This document shows positions 41,785 through 52,429 of a DNA stretch of 64,000 nucleotides, piece after piece; position 1 is the first letter of the stretch, and every line of letters starts with the position of its first letter. The position numbers and the translations under genes are program-made. The DNA lies in contig CBDCTK010000002.1 of the NCBI GenBank assembly GCA_965222225.1, positions 320,001-384,000 of the forward strand, in the 5' to 3' direction. The DNA comes from Candidatus Poribacteria bacterium (GTDB lineage Bacteria; Poribacteria; WGA-4E; JAJDTR01). The notes beneath the pieces are model-generated. The model saw nothing but the letters and a program-made list of their open reading frames with translations, did not search any database and was not told where the DNA came from.

Positions 41785-44700
41785 GTGACCAGAGATATCG
41801 TTCTAAGTATCTATTATGTGCTAATGATAAGTCTCTTCCCTGTTTGGAACCAATCCCGGGCAGACGAAGCGGAAATTTCGGAGATTCTCGTCGGACAAGA
41901 TCTGCGCTACGTAGAGGTCGGCGGTGATTATCTGTGGTTTGCAACCAGCAAGGGTGTCAGTCGATATAATGTCGACACAAAATCATGGAGTTCCTTCACT
42001 AGCAAAGATGGACTCATCAGTAACCAGGTCAACTGTATCGCCATTGAGTGGAAGGAAGGGGTTTTTCGCAAGAATCCCACTCAACGTGTCTGGTTCGGCA
42101 CTGACTCCGGTCTGTCGGTATACGACATGAATAATAACAAATGGGAGAGTTATACCGTCAAAGATGGTTTGATTGCGAACAAAATCAAGTGCATTTCTGC
42201 GCGTCGTGATTGGATCTGGGTGGGTACAGAGCAAGGCGCAAGCGCCTATCAGCGAAAGAAGGATCGTTGGCAGTCCTATTCAACGTTTTCGGGTATCGCG
42301 TCTCCTTCAGTAACAGCCATTTATCACGATTCCGTCTATGTTTGGATTGGCACAAACAGCGGCTTGGCAAGATATAATTATAGGCACAAACAATGGGAAC
42401 ACTTCACTCGGCAAAGTAGCTCGTGGATCGGCGTCAGGGGCGGCAATCGTGGTATGCCTCGTTCTCCATTGCCAAGCGAACAGATTTACGACATTCAGGG
42501 CAGTGGGGATGTCATCTATGTTGCCACAGACAACGGTCTTGTGATAGTGACAAACAAAAAATTCCGAAGTGGGGTCGATCTTGCGCGAGCTGACAAAGCG
42601 TATTCGCAATTGAAAGGCCCTGAAAGATATAACGCGGATTTGCGGACGAGAAGCCGCCGATTGTCACGGGGCGCTAATGCCGCACGGCTACGCGCAGCCG
42701 AAGCAGAATTTGGTAGGGCACAGAGATCATTTACCCGCAACGAGGTGGAAGCTTGGGCTGCCCTCGGATGGCAAATTTACCAGCCATCAATGGTTGTCCA
42801 AGACAAAGAAAAACGGGGGCTGATATCCGATCGGATTCTCGCCCTGCAAATCTCCGCAGGTCAGGTATGGATGGCAACCAACATGGGGCTTCTGAAGTTT
42901 GACACAAAGATGCAGAATTGGGATTGGCATCACCAAGAAATGGGGCTGGTGTCAGACCGGATTAGTTCGCTGGGAATGACTGGAAACACAATCTGGATTG
43001 CCACTAATCATGGACTGTCAAAATTCGGCACACTTTCGGGCAAATGGATGAACTATGCTGCAGAGCGAACGCTGCCATCCGCCAACGTGCTGGCGGTCGG
43101 AGAAGATACAAGCGGTGTCTGGCTTGCAACTCCCAAGGCAATTAGTCTATTCAATCCGAACACAGAACGTTGGAAAACCTATACTAACGAAGAAGGTTTG
43201 GGTGGTGGAAGGGTCGCGTGCCTTGATGTCGTTGGCAATTATGTCTGGATTGGAACCGACCAAGGTATTTCACGGTTTGACAAATCTGATGAAACATGGA
43301 CGTACTTCCAGGCAGCCAAGAGCGGGTTGGTAGCCGATGAGATCACTACGACCTTAGTCGATGGCAAACACATTTGGATTGGCACCCACCTTGGACTCAA
43401 CAGATATGACAACACTACGGGGGAGTGGAGAGCGTTTTCTACACGTTTAGGGTTGGCAGGCGATCGGATTAACGACCTCGCCGCTGACCCGAGCTACGTG
43501 TGGGTTGGCACGGAAAAAGGGCTGTCCCGTTATAGCAAGTCGGATGATAGTTGGAACACAATTTCCGAATTGGGAGAAGTTCGCGTTCTTGCAATTGCCC
43601 AAAATGACGGCAAGCTTGCGGTCTCAACTGAGCGCGGGATTTATCTCCATGACGACGGATTAAGCTGGCGTCAGCTTCAAATCAAGCCGGAGCGTCCCAG
43701 CGATACCATCGTTCTTGATGGAGAACTACTCTGGCTGGGTGGCTGGCGGCACCTAGAGAGGTACGACATTCAATCCGGTCAGACCCGTAAGTTTACCGAA
43801 GAAGACGCTCAAGGGCTTTCTCGTGTGCGAGTACACGACATCAAGAACTCACTTCGTTATATTTGGGTCGCAACAGATGGAGGAATATACAGGTATAACA
43901 AGACAGATAATACATGGTGGAGTTATGCCCCAAGTCGAGAACGCGGCGCCACGGAAGTGCTTGCTGATCGAAACATCTTGGCAATCGCTGTAGGTGATGA
44001 ATTTCTCTTCGTAGGTACCCCAAGAGGGATTAGCAGGTACGACAAAATAGCGGATTCATGGCTGAACTATACCCCGAAAGACGGCTTGATTCACCATTAC
44101 GCTTCCAGCCTAGCTTGGGACGGGGAATTTCTGTGGGCAGGGACGCTTGGCGGGTTGAGCAGATACAGCTTGGGCACCGACCGGTGGGCTAACTTCACAC
44201 GTGCCCAAGGACTGTGTGACAATCGTATCAATGCGATTGCCGAATACGAGAATGTGTTGTGGATTGCTACGCAAGGAGGCGTTTCACGCTACGACACGCG
44301 CGCCGGGACTTGGCGGACATTTACTACCGACGATGGGCTTCCGCACAACATTGTCTGGGCAGTGGCAGTTGATGATGATAAGGTCTGGATTGGCACAAAC
44401 AACGGAGCGGCAAGATACAATGCTTCGGAAGATGAATGGCAAGTTTTCACGACGGTTGATGGTCTGATTAACAATGTTGTCAATTCTATCAGCGTGGAAG
44501 ATAAGTATATTTTTCTAACAACTCCTGCTGGAGTGGCGATTTACGACAAGGAGATCGGTTCCTTATCTCCCTATTCACGCAAAGACGGTTTGATTGCCAG
44601 CGATGCCAAGAGCATAGGGTCCAAAGAGAAGTATCACTGGATTGGCACCGTTGACGGTATCACACTCTACAACCAAATTACTGATCTCTCGCGGGACTTT

Positions 44701-46080
44701 ACGGTGACAGAGGGATTGCCTTCCAACAACATCCAGGTTGTCGCTGTCGATGGCGATGAAATCTGGTTTGGTACAGACGCCGGACTAGCGCGGCATCATT
44801 GGAGAAGCGGCATCTGGACAGTCTATTCTGAGGCGCCTACGGAAGTTGTCTCTACTTCCTTGGATTTAATGGGTAACAACGTGAAATCAGTGATTTCTGA
44901 TGGTGACACTCTCTGGGTTGGAACTCGAGTCGGATTGGCGCGATATGACAAAATCTTACATACTTGGCATGTCGCCAATTTGGGATATGATCTGCTCAGA
45001 AGCACGGAAAACGCTCAGACAGTTGACCTGAAGAGGGCCGTCGATAACACGGTCGAGGCGGTCGAGGAAGCGCTGCAAGCAACATCGCCCACAACGGAAC
45101 AGAAGGTTTACGTTGAATACGATCCTGTCGTAGCGCAAGAAAAAGCGGTTCAAGCTCTCCATCAAGTGATTATTCAGAAGACTCCCATGCCGAATGATCC
45201 GATCATTCCTTCCCCATTTTTGGATCTCGACATCACCTTTCCACCGAGCCCTGTGGTTCGCGTCATTGAGCCGATCTTAGGCACACTCTGGATAGGCACA
45301 GAGGCCGGAGTAATTATTTATAACAAGGCACGTGAACAGGTAATCAAAACGCATCCTTTACTTCCGTGGGTGCGGGAAATCAAATACCATCAGGGCAGAA
45401 CTTGGGTATTGTGCGATGATATGATTGCAATTCGTGATTTGAAGGCTGATTCATGGGTGCTCATATCGGGACCGCAAGTGGTAGAGCAAACACGCGCTAG
45501 GACATCCGTGGGCTACACTGAAAAGATTGAAACCGCGTCCGAGGACTGGGGTATTGTCGAATGTACAGCAATGACGTTCATGGGGGACCAGATCTGGATC
45601 GGTCGCGAAAATGGGTTGAAGGTACTTAAAATGGATTTTCCACAATTCGAAATCGCGTCCGAAATCAACATCCCCGAATACCTTCAGGAGGCAGAAATCA
45701 CCGCGCTTGATTTCGACGGACGCGACACTTGGATAGGAACCAGAAATGGACTGTTTCAATATCACTCAGAGACGGGTGCATGGAGGCCTTACACTATTCT
45801 CAACGGTCTCGCCGGTAATGAGATTAGTGCCATAACCGCAGGCGACAAATCTATCTGGGTTGGCACGGCAGGTGAGGGACTTAGTCGGTACGACAAATCA
45901 GCACAGGAATGGGCGAGTTTTAGGCTTGAGGACGGTTTAGCGGACAACAACATCCGCAGCATAGCGCTTGATGGGAAGTACATCTGGATCGGAACGTTCT
46001 CGGCTGGAGTTTGCCGGTACGACCTAACGACTGAACTTTGGACAATCTATCAGACAGCAAATCAACTCGCGCGTAGATGA
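41785..46080 (+). CDS. Large multi-beta-propeller protein (two-component-regulator-propeller-type repeats, no kinase)
   Basis: Signal peptide; more than 25 repeats of WxGT..GL.RYD....W..FT..DGL..N.I..I; AGGAGG RBS. Confidence 0.85.
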   Translation: MTRDIVLSIYYVLMISLFPVWNQSRADEAEISEILVGQDLRYVEVGGDYLWFATSKGVSRYNVDTKSWSSFTSKDGLISNQVNCIAIEWKEGVFRKNPTQRVWFGTDSGLSVYDMNNNKWESYTVKDGLIANKIKCISARRDWIWVGTEQGASAYQRKKDRWQSYSTFSGIASPSVTAIYHDSVYVWIGTNSGLARYNYRHKQWEHFTRQSSSWIGVRGGNRGMPRSPLPSEQIYDIQGSGDVIYVATDNGLVIVTNKKFRSGVDLARADKAYSQLKGPERYNADLRTRSRRLSRGANAARLRAAEAEFGRAQRSFTRNEVEAWAALGWQIYQPSMVVQDKEKRGLISDRILALQISAGQVWMATNMGLLKFDTKMQNWDWHHQEMGLVSDRISSLGMTGNTIWIATNHGLSKFGTLSGKWMNYAAERTLPSANVLAVGEDTSGVWLATPKAISLFNPNTERWKTYTNEEGLGGGRVACLDVVGNYVWIGTDQGISRFDKSDETWTYFQAAKSGLVADEITTTLVDGKHIWIGTHLGLNRYDNTTGEWRAFSTRLGLAGDRINDLAADPSYVWVGTEKGLSRYSKSDDSWNTISELGEVRVLAIAQNDGKLAVSTERGIYLHDDGLSWRQLQIKPERPSDTIVLDGELLWLGGWRHLERYDIQSGQTRKFTEEDAQGLSRVRVHDIKNSLRYIWVATDGGIYRYNKTDNTWWSYAPSRERGATEVLADRNILAIAVGDEFLFVGTPRGISRYDKIADSWLNYTPKDGLIHHYASSLAWDGEFLWAGTLGGLSRYSLGTDRWANFTRAQGLCDNRINAIAEYENVLWIATQGGVSRYDTRAGTWRTFTTDDGLPHNIVWAVAVDDDKVWIGTNNGAARYNASEDEWQVFTTVDGLINNVVNSISVEDKYIFLTTPAGVAIYDKEIGSLSPYSRKDGLIASDAKSIGSKEKYHWIGTVDGITLYNQITDLSRDFTVTEGLPSNNIQVVAVDGDEIWFGTDAGLARHHWRSGIWTVYSEAPTEVVSTSLDLMGNNVKSVISDGDTLWVGTRVGLARYDKILHTWHVANLGYDLLRSTENAQTVDLKRAVDNTVEAVEEALQATSPTTEQKVYVEYDPVVAQEKAVQALHQVIIQKTPMPNDPIIPSPFLDLDITFPPSPVVRVIEPILGTLWIGTEAGVIIYNKAREQVIKTHPLLPWVREIKYHQGRTWVLCDDMIAIRDLKADSWVLISGPQVVEQTRARTSVGYTEKIETASEDWGIVECTAMTFMGDQIWIGRENGLKVLKMDFPQFEIASEINIPEYLQEAEITALDFDGRDTWIGTRNGLFQYHSETGAWRPYTILNGLAGNEISAITAGDKSIWVGTAGEGLSRYDKSAQEWASFRLEDGLADNNIRSIALDGKYIWIGTFSAGVCRYDLTTELWTIYQTANQLARR

Positions 46081-46274
46081 AACACTCTAGTGTATCCAAA
46101 CACCGTCCGGGACGTACACTTAGTGCTTGGGCTCATACGGGGTAGGCATGAATGAAGCCGCTGAGTGAAAAATCGCCGGAGGCGGGAAGAGGTAAGTAAG
46201 GACGGAGGACCGAGACGGGTGAGGATACAACGCATCTTCAGTCGGAAAAGCGAAAACACGCTTCCAATATTTTA

Positions 46275-47447
46275 GTGATAAATCTCTCTCACTCACCCTC
46301 TCTCCCGATGCAGCGTCGGCGGAATCATCGAATCACACTCGCCTCATGGATGCTGTCGCTGCTGCTCAACGCTTTGATCCTATATCTTTTCACATTCCTC
46401 CCTCAACGCTATCCGGAGACTTCCGACGATGCGCTGCAAGTGGACACGGTTACCATGCCGACTGAACGATTTCCCAAAACTCGCGTTATCCCGCGTTCGA
46501 GATTAACTCGTTCTAACCACCCCGTCGAAGTGACTCCGCCAAAGCGTCACTCCGCTCCAACGCCGACCTTATCGCTCGTCACATCCGCTCGTCCTACGGA
46601 ACGAGTACCAAATGAAACAATTCTATCCTCATCGGACGAAGTGATGCCAATAGAAGGCAATCAGATTGCCATTGAATTAAACACTCACTTGGCTGCTTCC
46701 ACTCCAAATACACCGGTGGGTTCCAAAGTAGAATCTGCACGGAATAAGAGTCTTTCTGTTGACGCTCCGGCGCGAAAACAGGGGTGGCTGGATAAGTTGC
46801 GAGGAGAAGTCGGAGCTTCGCCGCAGGCTCAAGTGAGAAGCTCCGGCAAAGAACTGAGCGGTTATTATCACATTGCTACTGTGCAGCACGAAGACACTGC
46901 CGACACCGTCCGGAACAAAGTGTTGGGGCGACTAGTAGGTGCGATGAATCGCTGGACCAACGTGCGCACCAAACTCCTCCCCGGGAATTCGCCGCTGGCT
47001 GACCCGGAAATTCAGCGAATCCCGCTAATCTACATTACGGCAACAAGCGCCTTCACCTTTTCCGAGCAGGAGCGTGCGAATCTGGAGACATATCTTCAAA
47101 ATGGTGGGACGCTTCTATTTTCAGACCTCTCACAGGATTGGGGAAATGAGGGCGCAGTCGCAAATTCCGTCCGGTTTGAACTTTGGAAAATATTGGGCGA
47201 AAGTGCAGATTTGCATCCTGTCGATCCGGGAGAGCCTATTTGCAATAGTTTCTTTGAATTCAAGAAGGGACCGCCTCTTGTAGATGAGAAACGAGGGCAA
47301 TTCTCTGTGCTGCGACTGGATGGCCGGACTGCCGTCTTCTACGATGCGGCAGGATTGGGCTTAAAGTGGATGGAAAATGACCCAGATGAAAAGTGGCTGC
47401 GATGGGGCGTAAACCTGATTGTGCATACCCTTGCCTCTTGGCGATAA
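46275..47447 (+). CDS. Membrane-anchored DUF4159-domain protein with Pro/Ser/Thr-rich linker
   Basis: SLLLN-type transmembrane anchor; PLIYIT...FS.QER.NL..YL.NGG.L...D; GVNL..H. Confidence 0.7.
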   Translation: MINLSHSPSLPMQRRRNHRITLASWMLSLLLNALILYLFTFLPQRYPETSDDALQVDTVTMPTERFPKTRVIPRSRLTRSNHPVEVTPPKRHSAPTPTLSLVTSARPTERVPNETILSSSDEVMPIEGNQIAIELNTHLAASTPNTPVGSKVESARNKSLSVDAPARKQGWLDKLRGEVGASPQAQVRSSGKELSGYYHIATVQHEDTADTVRNKVLGRLVGAMNRWTNVRTKLLPGNSPLADPEIQRIPLIYITATSAFTFSEQERANLETYLQNGGTLLFSDLSQDWGNEGAVANSVRFELWKILGESADLHPVDPGEPICNSFFEFKKGPPLVDEKRGQFSVLRLDGRTAVFYDAAGLGLKWMENDPDEKWLRWGVNLIVHTLASWR

Positions 47448-47638
47448 CCACGTCGATTTCTTGTAAGTTACCCTTATGAGAGGTGATGCAGCACACATAG
47501 GCACGAGCGGCGATAAGGCGTAAAATACCCTAGATGGAGTTGACTTTGGCTAAACCCAAACCTTCTCGACTTGACTACCGTGAGCATTTTCTCAGCAGTC
47601 CAATTAGTTACGCAATTAGTAGTTTCAGGTGAGCATAT

Positions 47639-47990
47639 GTGAAAAAGATTCGAGTCGCACAAGTTGGCTGTGGCGGGCGAGGAATCGCCCACCTTGAAGG
47701 ATAGCTCGCCAATTGCGCCACTACGATATTGTTACCCTCCGTGAGTTGGACGGAAGCGCGTATGAGGACGGCAACTGAGCGTCTCGGGATTGAGGCAGAA
47801 CTCTACGCGGAAGCTGACCGCATGTTGGCCGAGACCAAGCCAGATTCGCTTTGATTCGCCGCAATGCCGAATGTACGGCTATTAATGGTGGAGTTAGCTG
47901 CAAAGCATTCGATTAGAGGTCTGGCTTTCGAGAAGCCTATGGCACTGCAGTCAGAGGCAAACCGAATCGCCGAACTTTTTCGCGACGGCG
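47639..47990 (+). pseudogene. Gfo/Idh/MocA oxidoreductase 5' remnant
   Basis: Hand translation: VKKIRVAQVGCGGRGIAHL*...MLAETKPD..*...FEKPMA, with stops and frameshifts, truncated just before the end of the opposite-strand gene. Confidence 0.7.
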
Positions 47991-48013
47991 GGCAGGCAGG
48001 TCTCGGTGCCGGC

Positions 48014-50893
48014 TCAAAACTCTGGGATATTGACCACCGCTCCAAAGCGTGCATCTCCCTCGTCAAAACGGTAGCTGTACCTCACGCCCATATCCCATGG
48101 GATGAACAGTGAAAAGAGTCGAAAATCGAAGGTCAGCTCGGCACCCGCCGTCTGATAGGTAGTGTGCTGAGACCCGTCCTTGCCCAAGCCGAAGTCGTAA
48201 AAAAAGTTGGACTTGATACGCTGGAGGTACACCAACGCCCCCAAGTTCCAGTCCGGGTAGAACAGCGGCAAGGCATAGTTGGCCGACCCCTGATAGAAGT
48301 GGCGATGGAAGTGGTAGTCGTAGCCGCGGACAAAGACCTGTTCGCTTGCAAAACGGTAGAGATTGGCATCATCTTGCCACTCGTAAGTACCCTTCAGTCG
48401 CAGGCTGTGGTGAGCCCAGAGACCGGGAAAGGTCAACCCCAGCCGCCCTGACAACAAGGTGACGTCGTAGTCGCCCGGAAAGGGCGTGTGGCGGTAGGTC
48501 AGTTGCAAACTCTGGCTCCAGGCCGGGGCCAGATCGCGCTTTGCCTTATGGCGCGACCGAGATAAGGCGAGCTGGTACGACACCGGCGCAAAACGCCGGT
48601 TCAGGTTTTCCTTGAACAAGCCGCTTGTATCGGGATGGTTTGGGTCGTTCTCGTCGGTGATATCGGTCAACTCTGCCTTTACGCTCAAATTGGCGGAAGA
48701 ACTCCAGGGGCCACGGGATAAATTCAAGGGCACTTCGACGACGGCATGCAGGCTCTTTTCGGTCCACTTCTCAGTGATTTCCTCTATGTCAGTGTCGTCT
48801 TTAGTACCATCTTCCTCTTCGATTTCGTAGGCTCCGATCCGCTTGCCCCAGCGTCCACCCACGCTGAAAATGGGATACGACGCCGACAAGCTGAAATCGC
48901 CCAAGACGCTGAAGGCGTCCTCGTTGCTATTGTATTCGACCCCGCTGGTCAAGCTGCTGAGATCGAGCAAATCACTGGACGTGAGTTTGAGGGAGTGGTT
49001 TGCCCCGTCTGTCCGAGGAGCCCAGCTGTGGATCTTGAGCAGATGGCCCAGTGGTCGATAGCGGCGTACCGGGTAGACCTGCCGAGGGATGTTCACCAAT
49101 ACGCTGCCGCCCTGCTCTTGGTCAATCAGCGGTTCGTAATAGCGTACACGGCGATCCACTACCTGCTCGATCGGTGTCCAGGTCGTCGGGTCTAGAGGCA
49201 TGACCGCGATGCGGTAGCCGTCAACAGTGTAATCCTCGAACAGGAGCGAATCGCCGTACACGGACACATGGGTGGCAGCCAGTGGTCGAGAGGTCACCTG
49301 GTAGTGGGCCCCGCTCGATAGGTGGACAGCGTGGATATTGTCGATACCCGAATAGGGCGAGTCGAAAAGCAGGTAGGAACCCCAGAAAATCGGCCAGCCA
49401 ATCTCGTCGCGGGTGTGCGGCAATACAATCTGCCCCTCGCCATCGACAACATCAATGTGCTCAAGCGCGTTGCCGCGTGCGTCCTGCCGCACGACAGCGA
49501 TATGGCGCCCGTCCTCCGACCACGCCGGCGTGCGCCAATACACCCCGTCGGGGGCTGGAAAACGCGCCTGCTCCTCGCCACTGGCTGTTTCCAACAGCAC
49601 CAAGTGGCAGCGCCGGTCCGGTCCGAATTCAATGGCGGCGAGGCGTGTGCCATCGGGCGAAGGAGCGGGCGCGAACAACTTGGATTTGTGGGTGAGTTGG
49701 TGCATCCGGCCGCTGGCAATGTCCAGCACCACCACGTCAGAATAGTCGCGACGGCCCCAGCGCATATCCGGGATAAAGCGGTTCCAAGCTATTTTGCCGC
49801 CGGCCACGCGAATACCGCCCAGGGGTGAGTAGAAGCGCACTCGCTCCTCGCGGCCGTCGGGATACAGCCGTATCAGCGTCGCCGGGTCAGCCATGCCGCT
49901 CTTGCTCGCCAGCACGCTGCCGTCTGCCAGGTAATGCGGGTATTTGTAGTTAGTCCATACGCCCGACTGGCTTTGCCCGGCGAGCACCCGCAACGGCGTT
50001 GTGTGCAGGTCTTTTTGCTGTACCTGCCACAGCTCGGTCAACTCGTCCATCGTCCGCTCGTAGGTTTGGGAGGCGCTGGCACCGGTGTGTTTCTTGAGCG
50101 CACGGTTAAAAGCGAAGGGATGGAACGCCCGGTTGGCGAAACTGCCCATCACCTTGTCCCACATCTCCGGACCGTAGCGGCGCTTGACGTTGGTCGTCAT
50201 AAAATACCCCAGCGTGTAGTGGTCGGGATACCAGTCGTGGTACGAGCGGTGGTAGGCCTTGTAGTAAGAATAGCGCCGTCCCGCCAGAAGCGGGGCCCGG
50301 ATGCCCAGATCGAACTGGGGCATGCGCCCACGCCCGCTCTCGCTCAGCGCCGTCTCGATCCCCACCGCATCCCCCTCCGAAAACCACTTCGGCTCCAACA
50401 GACCACCCACCAGGGATTCGCCTGTTTCGCCCGACAGCGCCCACCACAAGCGGATAAAGCCCCGGCGCATGCGGTCGGTCTGCACCACGTGGCGCATCTC
50501 GTGGAGCGCCAAGAGTTGCAACCACTCGCCGGCGAGGCCGCCAACGTTCTGGTCCGGGGTGGTTGACCACAAGCTGCGGCGCGGTGCCAAGCCGACAAAA
50601 CCGTTAGACACGGTCGTTTGGTTGGTCAGCACGACCTCCAGCGGCTTTTGCGGTCCCCGCAGCGTTTTGGAGACGGGGCCGTAGGTGTGTTCGAGCGTAT
50701 TGGCTAACCGCTGGACGTCGTTGGTAATTTCCTCGGGGAAAATGATCGTGAATCGATCTGTTTTAATCTGTCGCCAGTCCACGCCGGGCGGGGTTTGCCC
50801 CGAGAAAAAGTTTTGCTGCGCGAACGACGGGCGGGCAATCAGCACCGCCAGCGCAATTGCTACCAGCGTCTTGGTTATCATCATAGCCATCAT
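48014..50893 (-). CDS. Outer-membrane protein: zincin-like domain + TolB/PD40-like propeller + C-terminal beta-barrel
   Basis: Signal peptide; HEMRH...WFSEGDA gluzincin motif; P..SPDG and P.WSEDG repeats; alternating beta-strands with terminal F; visibly higher GC than its neighbours. Confidence 0.75.
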   Translation of the reverse strand: MMAMMITKTLVAIALAVLIARPSFAQQNFFSGQTPPGVDWRQIKTDRFTIIFPEEITNDVQRLANTLEHTYGPVSKTLRGPQKPLEVVLTNQTTVSNGFVGLAPRRSLWSTTPDQNVGGLAGEWLQLLALHEMRHVVQTDRMRRGFIRLWWALSGETGESLVGGLLEPKWFSEGDAVGIETALSESGRGRMPQFDLGIRAPLLAGRRYSYYKAYHRSYHDWYPDHYTLGYFMTTNVKRRYGPEMWDKVMGSFANRAFHPFAFNRALKKHTGASASQTYERTMDELTELWQVQQKDLHTTPLRVLAGQSQSGVWTNYKYPHYLADGSVLASKSGMADPATLIRLYPDGREERVRFYSPLGGIRVAGGKIAWNRFIPDMRWGRRDYSDVVVLDIASGRMHQLTHKSKLFAPAPSPDGTRLAAIEFGPDRRCHLVLLETASGEEQARFPAPDGVYWRTPAWSEDGRHIAVVRQDARGNALEHIDVVDGEGQIVLPHTRDEIGWPIFWGSYLLFDSPYSGIDNIHAVHLSSGAHYQVTSRPLAATHVSVYGDSLLFEDYTVDGYRIAVMPLDPTTWTPIEQVVDRRVRYYEPLIDQEQGGSVLVNIPRQVYPVRRYRPLGHLLKIHSWAPRTDGANHSLKLTSSDLLDLSSLTSGVEYNSNEDAFSVLGDFSLSASYPIFSVGGRWGKRIGAYEIEEEDGTKDDTDIEEITEKWTEKSLHAVVEVPLNLSRGPWSSSANLSVKAELTDITDENDPNHPDTSGLFKENLNRRFAPVSYQLALSRSRHKAKRDLAPAWSQSLQLTYRHTPFPGDYDVTLLSGRLGLTFPGLWAHHSLRLKGTYEWQDDANLYRFASEQVFVRGYDYHFHRHFYQGSANYALPLFYPDWNLGALVYLQRIKSNFFYDFGLGKDGSQHTTYQTAGAELTFDFRLFSLFIPWDMGVRYSYRFDEGDARFGAVVNIPEF

Positions 50894-50942
50894 ACTTGCT
50901 CCCTCCTTATACCAATGGATCTAGACGGCATCGGATCGGACA

Positions 50943-50976
50943 AGGAGATTCGCAGAACTTTTCCTGCGAATCTCCT
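50943..50976. terminator. Strong stem-loop after the OMP C-terminal remnant
   Basis: AGGAGATTCGCAG-N8-CTGCGAATCTCCT (13-bp stem). Confidence 0.55.
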
Positions 50977-50982
50977 CAACTG

Positions 50983-51211
50983 TTAATTGAACGTTGCACT
51001 GAAAAGGATACCGACGCTGTGCGTCGTGAGATTGAGTTCCTCTCCAGTTCGTAGATTCTTGTCAGGAAGAACGGTACTAGACAACTGTTCTGCAACACCA
51101 AGTCCCCAATTGTCACTCACCCACCACTCCTTACCAAGCGCTAGATTTATGCCAATACCATTATCCGATTCCAATTCCTCCCCTTCGGATTCAACAGTCC
51201 CCTTAGCGAGA
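50983..51211 (-). pseudogene. C-terminal half of a small outer-membrane beta-barrel gene
   Basis: ...GIGINLALGKEWWVSDNWGLGVA...SVGILFSATFN*. Confidence 0.65.
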
Positions 51212-51383
51212 GAAAATGACCGTGAATCGAATCCGTTCGGATCTGTCGCCAGTCCAGATCGGGTAGGGTTTGGCCGAACAAAAAGCGTCCCTGTGCGAAC
51301 GATGGACCGGCGATTAGCACCACCGGCGCGACTGCTACTAGCATCTTGGTTAGCATCTTAGTCATCACACGTACTTCCTCCTT
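51212..51383 (-). pseudogene. Diverged copy of the 5' end (RBS, signal peptide, start of mature protein) of the 48014-50893 gene family
   Basis: MTKMLTKMLVAVAPVVLIAGPSFAQGRFLFGQTLPDLDWRQIRTD vs MITKTLVAIALAVLIARPSFAQQNFFSGQTPPGVDWRQIKTD. Confidence 0.8.
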
Positions 51384-51441
51384 GATGATGATCGATAAAA
51401 CACTCCACAACTAAGCCATGGTTTAGCAACTTTAACCGGCG

Positions 51442-51962
51442 AAAGGCGTTGGGTAAACAGTTGAATACTACTGGGGTGTCTCATACCCAATTAACCAGAC
51501 TCGCACCGTTTTTCCCTCTCGTATTTCCAAAGAGGCGGCTCCTATATCCGCCCGCTCAATACTCTCATCACGAACAGCGCGATTCACGCATTTCACTGTG
51601 AAGCCCCCTCCAGACGCAAACCGACATTCCCAATAGGATAATGGCGAACGGGAGGCCAGCCGCGAGCGTGGCCGCCTGTAACGATTTTAGACCGCCGCCA
51701 AGCAGCAGCGCGATGGCGACCAGCCCCTCGACAGTACACCAGAACACACGTTGCAGCACCGGAGTGTCAATCTTGCCGCCAGCTGCGATGAGGTCAATGA
51801 TTAGGGGCCGGAGTCTGAGGAGGTAATGAAAAATACGATTGTCAGAATTATCGCGACGGATGAAAGTAGTGCCATCATCGGTAGTTTGTCAAACATTTTG
51901 AACAATGCAATTTCAAGATTATGAACTTCAACATTCTCGGTTACATCAGTATAGCCGTCAAC
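51442..51962 (-). pseudogene. About 520-bp copy of the BCCT gene 3' end plus downstream DNA (cf. 54099-54618), with a 1-nt deletion
   Basis: Long identical stretches (e.g. QRVFWCTVEGLVAIALLLGGGLKSLQAA); ATTAGGGGCCGG vs ATTAGGGAGCCGG. Confidence 0.9.
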
Positions 51963-52292
51963 TATCACTATCAGATCCTGCACGTTACTGCCAAAGATAT
52001 TGAGATTGAGAATCAGATTCTCGGCAATCGCATATCCGATCCCAATTGTCGTGTTACCAGAAACGCCGCCGAAAACAAACTCTTTTCCCTCAACCTCTTC
52101 GATAGATGCTGTGACTCCGATCCCTGTAGAAAGGCGAAGAAAGAACCCATCATACCTATGCTCAGTGTTGTCATCACCAGCCGTGACAGTGGGGGCGATC
52201 TGACCGTGGCTAATACATTATACACCATAAATCAACAACATCATCGCTAGAATCAACACGATGACTTTTCCATTCACACTTGCGTTCAACAT
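51955..52292 (-). pseudogene. N-terminal half of the small outer-membrane beta-barrel gene (premature TAA at codon 25)
   Basis: AAGGAG RBS; MLNASVNGKVIVLILAMMLLIYGV*CISHGQ...HRYDGFFLRLSTGIG...IGIGYAIAENLIL...VDG. Confidence 0.65.
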
Positions 52293-52429
52293 GAGAAAAC
52301 TCCTTATATTTGTTTTTCGATTTCAAAACGAAATCGGGTTAATGCTTGTCCTACTTGACTCCACGGCGCTCAGAATATAATACCATTTCGTTTGAATAAT
52401 AGTGCGTATAGTGTTTTTCAAATATACTA

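Noticed and set aside
48133-50684. Many long overlapping ORFs within the GC-rich gene
   Set aside because: Shadow frames are expected at high GC, and only the 959-aa frame has domain motifs.
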